Shown piece by piece: positions 43,319 through 52,299 of a stretch of 53,843 bases of DNA. The position numbers and the translations under genes were made by a program. Source of the stretch: Deltaproteobacteria bacterium RBG_13_61_14 (GTDB taxonomy: Bacteria > RBG-13-61-14); assembly GCA_001797815.1 (NCBI GenBank), contig MGQK01000130.1, forward strand, positions 22,213-76,055, given 5' to 3'. The stretch's first letter is position 1, and each line of letters starts with the position of its first letter. The notes beneath the pieces are model-generated. The model saw only the letters and a program-made list of their open reading frames with translations, did no database searches and was not told where the DNA came from.

Positions 43319-44242
43319 TCAGCCTTCCACCTGTTGGTACCGGTATTTCTCCGGGTCCAGGTCGCCCAGTCCCAAAGCCCGCGCCGCCCGCAGGTGGCTG
43401 ACCTGATCCGGTCGCAGCACTTGATCATACCAGGGCGTCAAGGTCACACCCAGGGCGTCCACCTCCACCGGATTCACTCCGGCGACCATGCGATGGAGCC
43501 AGACCACCTTGCCCGGGCCGCCGGGACCGCCGGTCACCAGGGCACGGCTGGCGTCGAGGATGGTAAGCTGCGGCTTGAGGGCGCTGGCCAGGTCGGCAAT
43601 CGCCTGGCCCAGGTCAAAGCGGGTGTGGAAGGCGTTGCGGTCCCAGATCAGGCCCATCTGGTTCTTGAGACCCAGCGAGACCCCGACGGCGCCGTGGGTT
43701 TTAGCGGTAGGGAGGTTGAGGTAGATATCCGCTTCCAGGAGCGGCTTCAGCACTTTCACCCGGTCCAGCACTTTGCCCCGGGGAACGCCAACCTCCTCGA
43801 AAAACTTCTCCTCGGCGAAAAAGCGCACCTGGGTCCGGGGAATCCGGGCGCAGGCCTCCAGGATGCCGGAGCGCGACACGCACACTTCCGGCCGGCGCAG
43901 CGGGTAGTCCGCCACCAGGATCTCCTTGGCCCCGGCCTCGGCTACCAGCCTCGCCACCTCGGCCACCACCTCGGGATGGGTGGTGGCTCCGGCTTCCACC
44001 CCGGTCGGAAAACTCATGTTGGGCTTGAGCACCACCCGCTGGCCCGGCTTCACGAACCTTCCCATACCCCCCAGCGCCGAAATCGCCCTCCGCACGGCAG
44101 GACCCGGCTCGCCCTTGACCAGAACCAGGTCGGCCGGCAAAGAAGCCGGCGCACTCAGCAGCCGGCGGGGCAGGACCCCGATTGCGCCGGCGGCCAAGGC
44201 CGCTCGGCCCAGGAATTTCCTCCGGTCCGGTAGTCTTGACAT
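43319..44242 (-). CDS. DUF362-domain protein with twin-arginine (Tat) signal
   Basis: MSRLPDRRKFLGRAALAAGAIGVL. DUF362-like VVLKPNMSF, LNLPTAKTHGAVGVSLGLKNQMG. Confidence 0.75.
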   Translation of the reverse strand: MSRLPDRRKFLGRAALAAGAIGVLPRRLLSAPASLPADLVLVKGEPGPAVRRAISALGGMGRFVKPGQRVVLKPNMSFPTGVEAGATTHPEVVAEVARLVAEAGAKEILVADYPLRRPEVCVSRSGILEACARIPRTQVRFFAEEKFFEEVGVPRGKVLDRVKVLKPLLEADIYLNLPTAKTHGAVGVSLGLKNQMGLIWDRNAFHTRFDLGQAIADLASALKPQLTILDASRALVTGGPGGPGKVVWLHRMVAGVNPVEVDALGVTLTPWYDQVLRPDQVSHLRAARALGLGDLDPEKYRYQQVEG

Positions 44243-44274
44243 TTCCCGTCTCCCTGCTTCGCCGAAGAGGGGAG

Positions 44275-44802
44275 TTAAGAAGAAGTGCGGATGCGGCGAG
44301 TAATGGCCTCCGCGAACTGGCGGAGGTGTTCGATGGCCTCGGGCCGGCCGCAGTTGATCGAGAGCTCCACGTAAAAAGGCCCCTGGTAGAAATCGAGGGC
44401 GGTCGCGCCAACGAGGTCCAGCCGGGCGCGCGCTTCCTGGCCGATCCCGGGCTCGGGCCGGCGCCGGCCCTCGTAACCCTCGCGAAAGAGCTTGCCCGCG
44501 TCGCCGGCTTGGTAGATGGCCACGCTGACTATCTCCCCTCGCTCGTGGACGATGGCGTAATCCTGAAAAATGCCGCGTTCGGCCGAGAACTCCACATACT
44601 TCTCCGCGGCGCCGTCAATGATCCTGGCCAGGCCCTCAAACCCCTGGCCCAGGCTGGCTTCCCCATCCCGCTCGAAGCCGGGGATCTCCCCGCTCTCCGG
44701 GAGCAGAGCTTTTAAATCAGGAGGTGGGTCCAGGCGCTGACATGCCTCACCGCCGGCCAGGAGCAGCACCGCGGCTACGACAAGGAAAAAGGTCCGTTTC
44801 AT
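44275..44802 (-). CDS. small exported hypothetical protein
   Basis: 175 aa. Signal peptide MKRTFFLVVAAVLLLAGGEA|C. No recognised domain. 4-nt overlap with the upstream DUF362 gene. Confidence 0.6.
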   Translation of the reverse strand: MKRTFFLVVAAVLLLAGGEACQRLDPPPDLKALLPESGEIPGFERDGEASLGQGFEGLARIIDGAAEKYVEFSAERGIFQDYAIVHERGEIVSVAIYQAGDAGKLFREGYEGRRRPEPGIGQEARARLDLVGATALDFYQGPFYVELSINCGRPEAIEHLRQFAEAITRRIRTSS

Positions 44803-45911
44803 CCGAGCTTGACCTCCCGAATGTCCATCTTTGCCCGGTCGGCCACCCCCAGGCCGAGCCCGGCCGCGGCCTGGATGTAGCCCGATTTTGCCGCCACCGG
44901 CTCCAGGCCGTCCTCCCGGCGCTTCCGGTCCACGATTTCCAGCCCCACCATGTCCATGGCCACCGGGTCGGTGGTCGCGTGGATGGCATAGGCGGCGCCG
45001 GTGGCGGGCCCGCCCGGACCGTTGACGTGGCTGAAGAGAAGCGCATCGCCCAGGTGCAGCCGGGTCTTGTCGCGGAAGACGGAATTATTGTAGAGCTCGG
45101 CGATCTGGGGATTGCCGTTGCCGGTGTGCATGCGGGAGGCTTTGACCTTGGCCAGGAGCGGGGCATCGAGCAGAGGGATACAACCATAATAATTTTTCAG
45201 CGCGTAGGTAATGCCCGGGGTATTGTGATCCTTGAGCACGGGAATGTTGATTGAATATTTCACCATCTCCGAGGCCAGGCGCGAGACCGGAAATTCGAGA
45301 TTGACACTGGGCACTTGGGCTTTGACCTGGGAATCCCAGCCGACCTTTTCGTGGTCAGTGCCCAGGCAGCGCACGCCGGCAGTGCTGTCATTGAGCGTAT
45401 AGCCGGATTTGGCGAAGGAGCCCAGGGTGCCATTGCTGACCCGGTCCCAGATCACGATCTTGTTCTCCTTGACCCCGATCGCCTTCAGCCCGGCCACCAC
45501 CGCCGCCACCACCTCCGGGTGGGTGGGCAGCTTGGGGTTGATCACGTTCGCCTTGATCCCGACCGCGTCCTCCGGCTTAAGCCCGGGCAGCAGCAAGGCC
45601 CAGGCTTCTTCCAGGCTTTTTTCGCCGGTCAGCTCCAGCACGGCGCGATCCACCATCTCGCGCACCTGGTCGGGCTGGAGCTTGGCGGAAGCCGTCACCG
45701 CCCCAGGGTTGGAAACCGCGGCCACCCGGCCCGGCCAGAGGTTGCCCGAGCTCCGGGCCGCCTCCCCGCCCTGGGCCGGCCGGCCTTGGCCCAGCGTTGC
45801 CCAAGCCGCAACCGAAAGCCCCGAACTTTGGATAAAAGTTCTCCGACTGATCTTGTTATTTTTCACCAGGGATTCCTTGTGAAGAGGGATCTCTTTTGAG
45901 TGTAAAGGCAA
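44799..45911 (-). CDS. DUF362-domain protein with twin-arginine (Tat) signal (paralog)
   Basis: ISRRTFIQSSGLSVAAWATLG. GIKANVINP, INIPVLKDHNTPGITYALKNYYG. Confidence 0.7.
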   Translation of the reverse strand: MPLHSKEIPLHKESLVKNNKISRRTFIQSSGLSVAAWATLGQGRPAQGGEAARSSGNLWPGRVAAVSNPGAVTASAKLQPDQVREMVDRAVLELTGEKSLEEAWALLLPGLKPEDAVGIKANVINPKLPTHPEVVAAVVAGLKAIGVKENKIVIWDRVSNGTLGSFAKSGYTLNDSTAGVRCLGTDHEKVGWDSQVKAQVPSVNLEFPVSRLASEMVKYSINIPVLKDHNTPGITYALKNYYGCIPLLDAPLLAKVKASRMHTGNGNPQIAELYNNSVFRDKTRLHLGDALLFSHVNGPGGPATGAAYAIHATTDPVAMDMVGLEIVDRKRREDGLEPVAAKSGYIQAAAGLGLGVADRAKMDIREVKLG

Positions 45912-46160
45912 TCCGGCTCTGTGTCAAATACTTCCGATTGCCGGTCAAGCCCTCATCCTCCCCTGCCCCAAATTTCGATCTGCCACCTTCCGGTGATAAG
46001 CGGGGGATCATGCCTCGCGCCAGGCCGGGGCATTCCGGGCAGCCTGGGATGCCCCGCTTGACCGGGATCAGGGTCAAATCCCCGGCCCAGGAAGCCCTCC
46101 AAAAGAAGGATTTTTCTAAAAATGAGATCAAAAATAGTTTTCATTTTTTTATTTTTTTGT

Positions 46161-46189
46161 TTGCATCCCTTGGTGAATTGTGCTAAGTT
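46161..46189 (+). promoter_or_regulatory. candidate sigma70 promoter with A/T-rich UP region
   Basis: TTGCAT, 17-nt spacer, TGcTAAGTT, preceded by TTTTCATTTTTTTATTTTTTTG. Only ~10-nt leader to ATG 46206. Confidence 0.3.
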
Positions 46190-46205
46190 AGGCTCAAAGT
46201 GGTTC

Positions 46206-46952
46206 ATGGCGACGAGGGGCAAAAAACGTATCCTGGTGGCGGACGACACTCCCCCGATGCGCATCATGCTCGAGGATGTCCTTCACGAAGCCGGCTACGA
46301 GGTCGGCACTGCCAGCGACGGTGAAGAGGCCTGGAACCGGATTATGGCTGAGCCGGGAGGCTGGGATCTGATCATCCTGGATCTGTTGATGCCCAAGATG
46401 ACCGGCTTTGAAATCCTGAGCCGCTTGAAAAAGGAAGCTCCGGCCCCGGCCGCGCCGGTCCTGGTCATCACCGGGATTTTCAAAAGTGAAAAAGAAATTG
46501 AGCGGCTGCGCGAGCTGGGTGCCATCGGCTACTTGACCAAGACGGCACTGGTGGATGAAATCCTGTTCCGGGTGAACCGCGTCTTCTATCGCGGCAGCCA
46601 GGACGCCCGGCACTACCCGCGAATCCTCCTGGCCTTGCCGGTGGATTACGCGGCGGCCGAGGGTTGGATGTCTAATTATACTTCGACCTTGTCGGCCGGC
46701 GGCTGCTTTATTCGGACGGTGGATCCCTTGCCGATTAACCGGCGCACCGAATTGAAATTCCGCCTGCCCGAGACGGATGAGGAAATCCGGACCACGGCCA
46801 AGGTGGTTTGGGTGAATGAATACGACCTGCACCGTAAAAAGATCGCGCTCCCCGGGATGGGGCTGGCGTTCGAATTGATTGACCCGGAAATCCAGCGCCG
46901 GCTGGATATCTTTATCAAGGATCGGCTGAAGAAAGAGCCGATGTGGTTTTAA
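46206..46952 (+). CDS. response regulator with C-terminal PilZ domain (c-di-GMP receptor type)
   Basis: [15 protein letters not shown]...[13 protein letters not shown] (REC). RHYPR ... [10 protein letters not shown] (PilZ RxxxR / xxSxxG motifs). Start at ATG 46206; the upstream ORF part is A/T-rich promoter DNA. Confidence 0.8.
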   Translation: MATRGKKRILVADDTPPMRIMLEDVLHEAGYEVGTASDGEEAWNRIMAEPGGWDLIILDLLMPKMTGFEILSRLKKEAPAPAAPVLVITGIFKSEKEIERLRELGAIGYLTKTALVDEILFRVNRVFYRGSQDARHYPRILLALPVDYAAAEGWMSNYTSTLSAGGCFIRTVDPLPINRRTELKFRLPETDEEIRTTAKVVWVNEYDLHRKKIALPGMGLAFELIDPEIQRRLDIFIKDRLKKEPMWF

Positions 46953-46968
46953 TTTTGGAGTAAGCGCC

Positions 46969-47160
46969 ATGTCCAGAGTTTGCTCAGTCTGCGGGAAAAA
47001 AGCCCAGGTCGGTTATCAAGTCAGCCACGCCCATAACCGCACCAAGAAGCGCTGGCGGGTTAACATCCAGACCGTCCACGCCCAAACCCCCCAGGGCACC
47101 CGGCAAGTCGTGGTCTGCACCCGGTGCCTCCGGTCCGGCAAAATCCATAAAGCCGCTTAG
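46969..47160 (+). CDS. rpmB: 50S ribosomal protein L28
   Basis: [34 protein letters not shown], 63 aa. Confidence 0.93.
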   Translation: MSRVCSVCGKKAQVGYQVSHAHNRTKKRWRVNIQTVHAQTPQGTRQVVVCTRCLRSGKIHKAA

Positions 47161-47203
47161 CCGGAATCCTCCTCTCCCCTGATCCCGAGATCCTCCGTCG
47201 CCT

Positions 47204-47235
47204 CTCGGCCCTGAGGCCGAGTTCCTGCTTCGTTT
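47204..47235 (+). terminator. weak hairpin after rpmB
   Basis: CTCGGCC-CTGA-GGCCGAG followed by TTCCTGCTTCGTTT (interrupted U-tract). Confidence 0.3.
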
Positions 47236-47244
47236 CGGCCAGGC

Positions 47245-47273
47245 TTGGCGATCCCGGGCAAATTGACTATAAT
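47245..47273 (+). promoter_or_regulatory. candidate sigma70 promoter of rpoH
   Basis: TTGGCG (47245-47250), 17-nt spacer, TATAAT (47268-47273). Confidence 0.45.
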
Positions 47274-47326
47274 CAACTGGGGGAACCGATCCGGAGCCTG
47301 GGTTGAAGCCGCCCCTGCCTACGACC

Positions 47327-48322
47327 ATGGTTGAGGATAAGGAAAATTTCAAGGCCAAAGCAGAGGATGTCTTCCTCGAGAGCCCGGAAGCGTCGGAGCT
47401 GGAGGACGAGGACCGCCAGACCCTGGCGCCGCTCAGCCCCATGGGCGGCCTGGAGCGGTTAACCCCGCTCCAGAGCTACCTGGCTGAGGTTCGCCGCTAC
47501 CCTTTGCTCTCCCCGGACGAGGAGCACGAGTTCGCCCTCCGCTACCATGACCAGGCCGATCGCCAGGCCGCGGAACGGCTGGTCACCGCCAACCTCCGCC
47601 TGGTGGTCAAGATCGCGCTGGAATACCACCGCAGTTGGATGGACCTCTTGGACCTGGTCCAGGAGGGCAACGTCGGCCTGATGCAGGCGGTCAAGCGCTA
47701 CGACCCCTACCGCGGCATCCGGCTCACCACCTACGCCGCTTTCTGGATCCGGGCCTATATCCTCAAGTTCCTGATGGACAACTGGCGCCTGGTCAAGATC
47801 GGCACCACCCAGGCCCAGCGCAAGCTCTTCTTCAACCTGAAAAAGGAAAAGGAGCGGCTGGAGTCCTCGGGTTTTGTCCCAGGACCCAAGCTCCTGGCCC
47901 AGGCGCTGGACGTGAAGGAGTCCGAGATCCAGGAGATGGACCAGCGCTTGTCCGGCCGGGAGGAGTCTTTGGCTGCGCCGGTGACCGAGGACGGCAAGCA
48001 GAGCCGGCAGGACGTGCTGCGGGACGAGCGGCCGGCCGTGGACGAGGTGCTGGCCGAGGAGCAGTTCCGGGAGCTGATCCAGGCAAAGCTCCAGGCCTTC
48101 CGCCAGACCCTGGAAGACCCCAAGAACAAAAAAGAAGCCTACCTCTTTGACAAGCGCCTGCTCGTGGAAAAGCCCCTCACCTTGCAGCAGGTGGGCAAGC
48201 GCTTCAACATCTCCCGCGAACGCGCCCGCCAGATCGAGGCGAGGCTGATCAAAAAGATCAAAGCCTTCCTCCAAGCCGAGATCCCGGACTTCAAGGACAG
48301 CGATTTTGTTCTAAAGAAATAA
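47327..48322 (+). CDS. rpoH: RNA polymerase sigma-32 (heat-shock sigma factor)
   Basis: RpoH box [14 protein letters not shown]. Regions 2-4 ([54 protein letters not shown]). N-terminal acidic extension. ATG 47327 or TTG 47303. Confidence 0.88.
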   Translation: MVEDKENFKAKAEDVFLESPEASELEDEDRQTLAPLSPMGGLERLTPLQSYLAEVRRYPLLSPDEEHEFALRYHDQADRQAAERLVTANLRLVVKIALEYHRSWMDLLDLVQEGNVGLMQAVKRYDPYRGIRLTTYAAFWIRAYILKFLMDNWRLVKIGTTQAQRKLFFNLKKEKERLESSGFVPGPKLLAQALDVKESEIQEMDQRLSGREESLAAPVTEDGKQSRQDVLRDERPAVDEVLAEEQFRELIQAKLQAFRQTLEDPKNKKEAYLFDKRLLVEKPLTLQQVGKRFNISRERARQIEARLIKKIKAFLQAEIPDFKDSDFVLKK

Positions 48323-48357
48323 TCCCTGAGCACCCTACCCGTGTGCTGAAATCGGCC

Positions 48358-50352
48358 ATGAACTACAAACTCGTCAGCTCGTTCCAGCCCCGCGGCGACC
48401 AGCCCCAGGCCATCGCCGAGCTGGTGGAGCACCTGCAGGCCGGCTCCCGCGACCAGGTGCTGCTCGGCGTGACCGGCTCGGGCAAGACCTTCACCATGGC
48501 CCAGGTCATCGCCCGGCTCAACCGGCCGGCCCTCATCCTTTCCCACAACAAGACCCTGGCCGCCCAGCTCTACACCGAGTTCCGCGAGCTTTTCCCCGAA
48601 AGCGCCGTCGAATACTTTGTCTCCTACTACGACTACTACCAGCCCGAGGCCTACCTCCCCTCCACCGACACCTACATCGAGAAAGACGCCTCGATCAACG
48701 AAGAAATTGACAAGATGCGCCACCGCGCCACCTATTCCCTGCTCGAACGCCGCGACGTGATCATCGTCGCCTCGGTCTCTTGCATCTACGGCCTGGGCTC
48801 GCCCGAGGCCTATTCCGGCATGCTGGTCCAGGCCGAGAAAGGCGCCGAGGCCGACCGCGACCAGATGCTCCGCAAGCTGGTCGAGATCCAATACGAACGC
48901 AACGACCTCGATTTCCACCGCGGCACCTTCCGCGTCCGGGGAGACGTGGTCGAGATCTTTCCCGCCTACGAGGAAGACCGGGCGATCCGGATTGAATTCT
49001 TCGGCGACCTGATCGAGAAGATCAGCGAGATTGACCCGCTCCGCGGCCTCGTGCTCAACGAGCGCGACCAGGCGGCCATCTACCCCGGCAGCCACTATGT
49101 CACGCCCCGCGAAACTATAGAGCAGGCGCTGGTCTCGATCGAGCGGGAGCTTGAGGAACGGCTCGAATTCCTGCGCCGGGAGAACAAGCTGGTCGAGGCC
49201 CAGCGCCTGGAGCAGCGCACCCGCTTTGACCTGGAGATGCTCCGGGAGATGGGCCACTGCTCCGGGATCGAGAACTACTCCCGCCACCTCACCGGCCGCG
49301 CCCCGGGCCAGCCCCCGCCCACCCTGCTCGACTACTTCCCCCAAGACTTCCTCTTATTCATAGATGAATCGCACCAGACCGTCCCCCAGCTCGGCGGCAT
49401 GTTCCGGGGCGACCGCTCGCGCAAGCAGACCCTGGTCGAATACGGCTTCCGCCTGCCCTCGGCCCTGGACAACCGGCCGCTCACCTTCGAGGAGTTCCAG
49501 GAGCGGGTCGGCCAGTTGGTCTATGTCTCGGCCACGCCCGGCGATTACGAACTGAATAAGAGCCGGGGCCGGGTAGTGGAGCAGATCATCCGGCCGACCG
49601 GGTTGATGGACCCGGAGCTGGAGGTGCGGCCGGCCGGGACCCAGGTGGACGACCTCCTGGAGCGGCTGCGCGAGGTGATCGCGCGCAAGGAGAAGGTGCT
49701 CGTCACCACCCTGACCAAGCGCATGGCCGAAGACCTCACCCGCTACTACCAGGAGCTCGGACTGCGCGTCCGCTACCTCCACTCCGACATCGCCACCCTG
49801 GAGCGCTTCGAGATCATCCGCGACCTCAGGCAGGACAAGTTTGACGTGCTGATCGGGATCAACCTCTTGCGCGAGGGCTTGGACATTCCCGAGGTCAGCC
49901 TGGTCGCGATCCTGGACGCGGACAAGGAAGGGTTTTTGCGGGGAGAGAAGGCCCTGATCCAGACCGTGGGCCGCGCCTCCCGCAACGTCCGGGGCAAGGT
50001 CATCCTCTACGCAGACACGGTCACTGCGTCCATGAGGTTCTGCATAGACGAGACCAACCGCCGGCGCCGGATGCAGGAGGAGTTCAACCGCGAGCACGGG
50101 ATCACGCCCGAGACTATTCAGAAGGCGATCAGGGAAATCCGGACCTCGGTGGACGAGGCCGACTATTTCACCGTGCCCGCTCTGGAGGAAGAGAACCCCC
50201 TGGCCCTGGTGCCGCCGGACGAGCTGAACCACCTGATCGCCAAGCTGAAAAAACAGATGCGGGCCGCGGCCCAGAACCAGGAATTCGAGAAGGCCGCCCA
50301 ACTGCGCGACCGCATCTATGAGCTCCAGGAAATGGACCTGATCCTTCGGTAG
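48358..50352 (+). CDS. uvrB: excinuclease ABC subunit B
   Basis: [35 protein letters not shown], and the C-terminal UVR motif [16 protein letters not shown]. Confidence 0.97.
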   Translation: MNYKLVSSFQPRGDQPQAIAELVEHLQAGSRDQVLLGVTGSGKTFTMAQVIARLNRPALILSHNKTLAAQLYTEFRELFPESAVEYFVSYYDYYQPEAYLPSTDTYIEKDASINEEIDKMRHRATYSLLERRDVIIVASVSCIYGLGSPEAYSGMLVQAEKGAEADRDQMLRKLVEIQYERNDLDFHRGTFRVRGDVVEIFPAYEEDRAIRIEFFGDLIEKISEIDPLRGLVLNERDQAAIYPGSHYVTPRETIEQALVSIERELEERLEFLRRENKLVEAQRLEQRTRFDLEMLREMGHCSGIENYSRHLTGRAPGQPPPTLLDYFPQDFLLFIDESHQTVPQLGGMFRGDRSRKQTLVEYGFRLPSALDNRPLTFEEFQERVGQLVYVSATPGDYELNKSRGRVVEQIIRPTGLMDPELEVRPAGTQVDDLLERLREVIARKEKVLVTTLTKRMAEDLTRYYQELGLRVRYLHSDIATLERFEIIRDLRQDKFDVLIGINLLREGLDIPEVSLVAILDADKEGFLRGEKALIQTVGRASRNVRGKVILYADTVTASMRFCIDETNRRRRMQEEFNREHGITPETIQKAIREIRTSVDEADYFTVPALEEENPLALVPPDELNHLIAKLKKQMRAAAQNQEFEKAAQLRDRIYELQEMDLILR

Positions 50353-50394
50353 CAAACCGCCTTCCTGCCCCCTCCATTTTTTCAAAAAATCGGG

Positions 50395-50453
50395 GTAGGG
50401 GCGCGATTTATCGCGCCCTGGATGGGATTGGGCGCAATGAATTGCGCCCCTAC
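50395..50453. repeat. REP doublet (REPIN-like), copy B
   Basis: GTAGGGGCGCGATTTATCGCGCCC (50395-50418) plus GGGCGCAATGAATTGCGCCCCTAC (50430-50453). Homologous to 1349-1412, including the TGGAT spacer. Confidence 0.9.
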
Positions 50454-50499
50454 GAAGTCCGAAAATGCGCGGTGTAGTGGGCAAGCCAACCGCCCTGCC

Positions 50500-50527
50500 T
50501 TGACAAAAGCTGGCATATTGTTATACT
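50500..50527 (+). promoter_or_regulatory. sigma70 promoter of the toxin-antitoxin pair
   Basis: TTGACA (50500-50505), 16-nt spacer, TGtTATACT (extended -10, 50519-50527). 45 nt upstream of ATG 50573. Confidence 0.55.
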
Positions 50528-50572
50528 ATCAGATAGTCAGACATTCGGAAATTCTGGCAGAGGGAGCGGACC

Positions 50573-50872
50573 ATGAAAAATGTCGAAACCAGCACGGTGG
50601 GCAAGCGGGGCGCGATAGTGATCCCGGCCAAGCTGCGGCGCCGCTTCGGAATTGAGGAAGGCGACCTGGTCATCGTCGAGGAGCGGGAAGAGGGCGTGCT
50701 GATCCGGCGGGCCATCGCCCTGCCTCTGGAATCCTACTCGCCGGAACGTAAGGCCGAATTCCTTCTCAGCAACACGGTGGACGCCAAGGACTATGCCCGG
50801 GCCAGAGCCGAGGTCAACAAGCTCGGGCTGGACCCGGATGCCATTCCCCACCGCCGGCCATCCAGGAAATAA
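50573..50872 (+). CDS. AbrB/SpoVT-fold antitoxin (VapB-like)
   Basis: VGKRGAIVIPAKLRRRFGIEEGDLVIVEE. 99 aa. Stop is 2 nt before the PIN gene start. Confidence 0.8.
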   Translation: MKNVETSTVGKRGAIVIPAKLRRRFGIEEGDLVIVEEREEGVLIRRAIALPLESYSPERKAEFLLSNTVDAKDYARARAEVNKLGLDPDAIPHRRPSRK

Positions 50873-50874
50873 AG

Positions 50875-51297
50875 GTGGACCGGCTCTTCCTTGATGCCAA
50901 CGTCCTCTTCTCCGCCGCCTATCGTCCGGAGGCCGGCGTCTTCAGGTTGTGGAAGCTGAGGGGAGTAAAACTGATCACATCCGCTTATGCCCTGGAAGAG
51001 GCCCGGATCAACCTGGAAACCGAGGACCAGTGCGCCCGGCTCGAAGGACTTGCTCAAGCTCTGATAATCCTGACCGGCCATCCCGACCAACCGCTTCCGT
51101 CGGGAATCAAACTCCCCGAGAAAGACCGCCCCATCCTCCAAGCCGCCATCTCCGCTCAGGCCACCCATCTCCTGACCGGCGATCTCACGCACTTCGGAAG
51201 ATACTACGGCCAAACTTTCAGCGGGGTTCTTATCCTTTCGCCTGGGGATTATTTGCGCGAGAGGTTGAAAGGAAGTTCTACGCGAGAAAGCGTTTGA
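50875..51297 (+). CDS. PIN-domain toxin (VapC-like)
   Basis: MDRLFLDANVLFSAA...EKDRPILQAAISAQATHLLTGDLTHF. GTG start. 140 aa. Confidence 0.75.
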   Translation: MDRLFLDANVLFSAAYRPEAGVFRLWKLRGVKLITSAYALEEARINLETEDQCARLEGLAQALIILTGHPDQPLPSGIKLPEKDRPILQAAISAQATHLLTGDLTHFGRYYGQTFSGVLILSPGDYLRERLKGSSTRESV

Positions 51298-51325
51298 GTC
51301 CCGGAAGAGCCGCCTACTCCTAAAT

Positions 51326-52240
51326 TTATAAATAGGTCAACCACTGCTTGTATTTTTTGTTCTTGCCCTTGACCACGTCGAAGAAGGCGGCCTGGAGCGC
51401 AAGCGTCGCCGGCCCGGCCTTGCCCGCGCCGATCTGCCGGTTGTCCACTTCGCGCACCGGGGTGACTTCGGCCGCGGTGCCGGTGAGGAACACCTCGTCT
51501 GCGGTATAGACCTCGTCGCGGGGGAAGGTAGTCTCAAGCACGGTGTAACCCTGGTCGCGGGCGAGCTGGATCACGCTTTTGCGGGTGATGCCGTTGAGGA
51601 TGGAGGAGCTTTCCGGGGTGGTGCGGATGGTCTGGTTGTTGACCAGGAAGATGTTCTCGCCCGAGCACTCGGCCACGTAGCCGCTGAGGTCCAGCATCAG
51701 GGCCTCGTCGTAACCGGCCTTGAGCGCCTCCCGCTTGGCCAGGATGGAGTTCACGTAGTTCCCGACGGCCTTGGCCTTGGTCGGGAACACCTGCACCGGC
51801 AGCCGCGCGTAGGAAGAGGTCTTCAGCCGGATGCCCTTCTTCAGGCCCTCCTCCCCCAGATATGCGCCCCAGGCCCAGGCGATGATGGCGGTGCGGATGG
51901 GATTGGTCATGGTCCCCAGTCCCATCTCGCCCTCCCCGATGAACACGATGTGGCGCAGATACCCCTCCTCCATCTTGTTCACCCGCAGGATCTCGCAGCT
52001 CGCCGCTTCCAGGTCTTCCTGGGCGTAGGGGATCTCCAGGGTCAGGATCTGGGCCGAGTTGTAAAGCCGCTGCAGGTGCTCGTCCAGCCGGAAGATAGCC
52101 GAGCCGTCCACGCACTTGTAACAGCGGGTGCCCTCGAACACGCCGAAGCCGTAATGCAAGGTATGGGTCAGGATGTGGACCTGGGCCTGGTCCCAGTCCA
52201 CGAACTTGCCGTCCAGCCAGATCTTGTCCTGCTTTTTCAT
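51326..52240 (-). CDS. ilvE: branched-chain amino acid aminotransferase
   Basis: 304 aa. HTLHYGFGVFEGTRCY, NYVNSILAKREA, ENIFLV, GITR, EVFLTGTAAEVTPV. Confidence 0.95.
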   Translation of the reverse strand: MKKQDKIWLDGKFVDWDQAQVHILTHTLHYGFGVFEGTRCYKCVDGSAIFRLDEHLQRLYNSAQILTLEIPYAQEDLEAASCEILRVNKMEEGYLRHIVFIGEGEMGLGTMTNPIRTAIIAWAWGAYLGEEGLKKGIRLKTSSYARLPVQVFPTKAKAVGNYVNSILAKREALKAGYDEALMLDLSGYVAECSGENIFLVNNQTIRTTPESSSILNGITRKSVIQLARDQGYTVLETTFPRDEVYTADEVFLTGTAAEVTPVREVDNRQIGAGKAGPATLALQAAFFDVVKGKNKKYKQWLTYL

Positions 52241-52271
52241 CCGATCCCGTCCTCCTCATACCCGCGGGCTC

Positions 52272-52299
52272 GTAGGGGCATGGCATGCCATGCCCCTAC
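52272..52299. repeat. REP, perfect 28-nt palindrome
   Basis: GTAGGGGCATGGCATGCCATGCCCCTAC. Its terminal CTAC/GTAG provides the glnE stop codon (TAG, 52296-52298 on the minus strand). Confidence 0.9.

Noticed and set aside
46122-46205. Hydrophobic N-terminal extension (MRSKIVFIFLFFCLHPLVNC) suggesting a signal peptide on the REC-PilZ protein.
   Set aside because: It is encoded by the T-rich promoter/UP-like DNA. Response regulators are cytoplasmic. ATG 46206 gives a normal REC N-terminus (KRILVADD).
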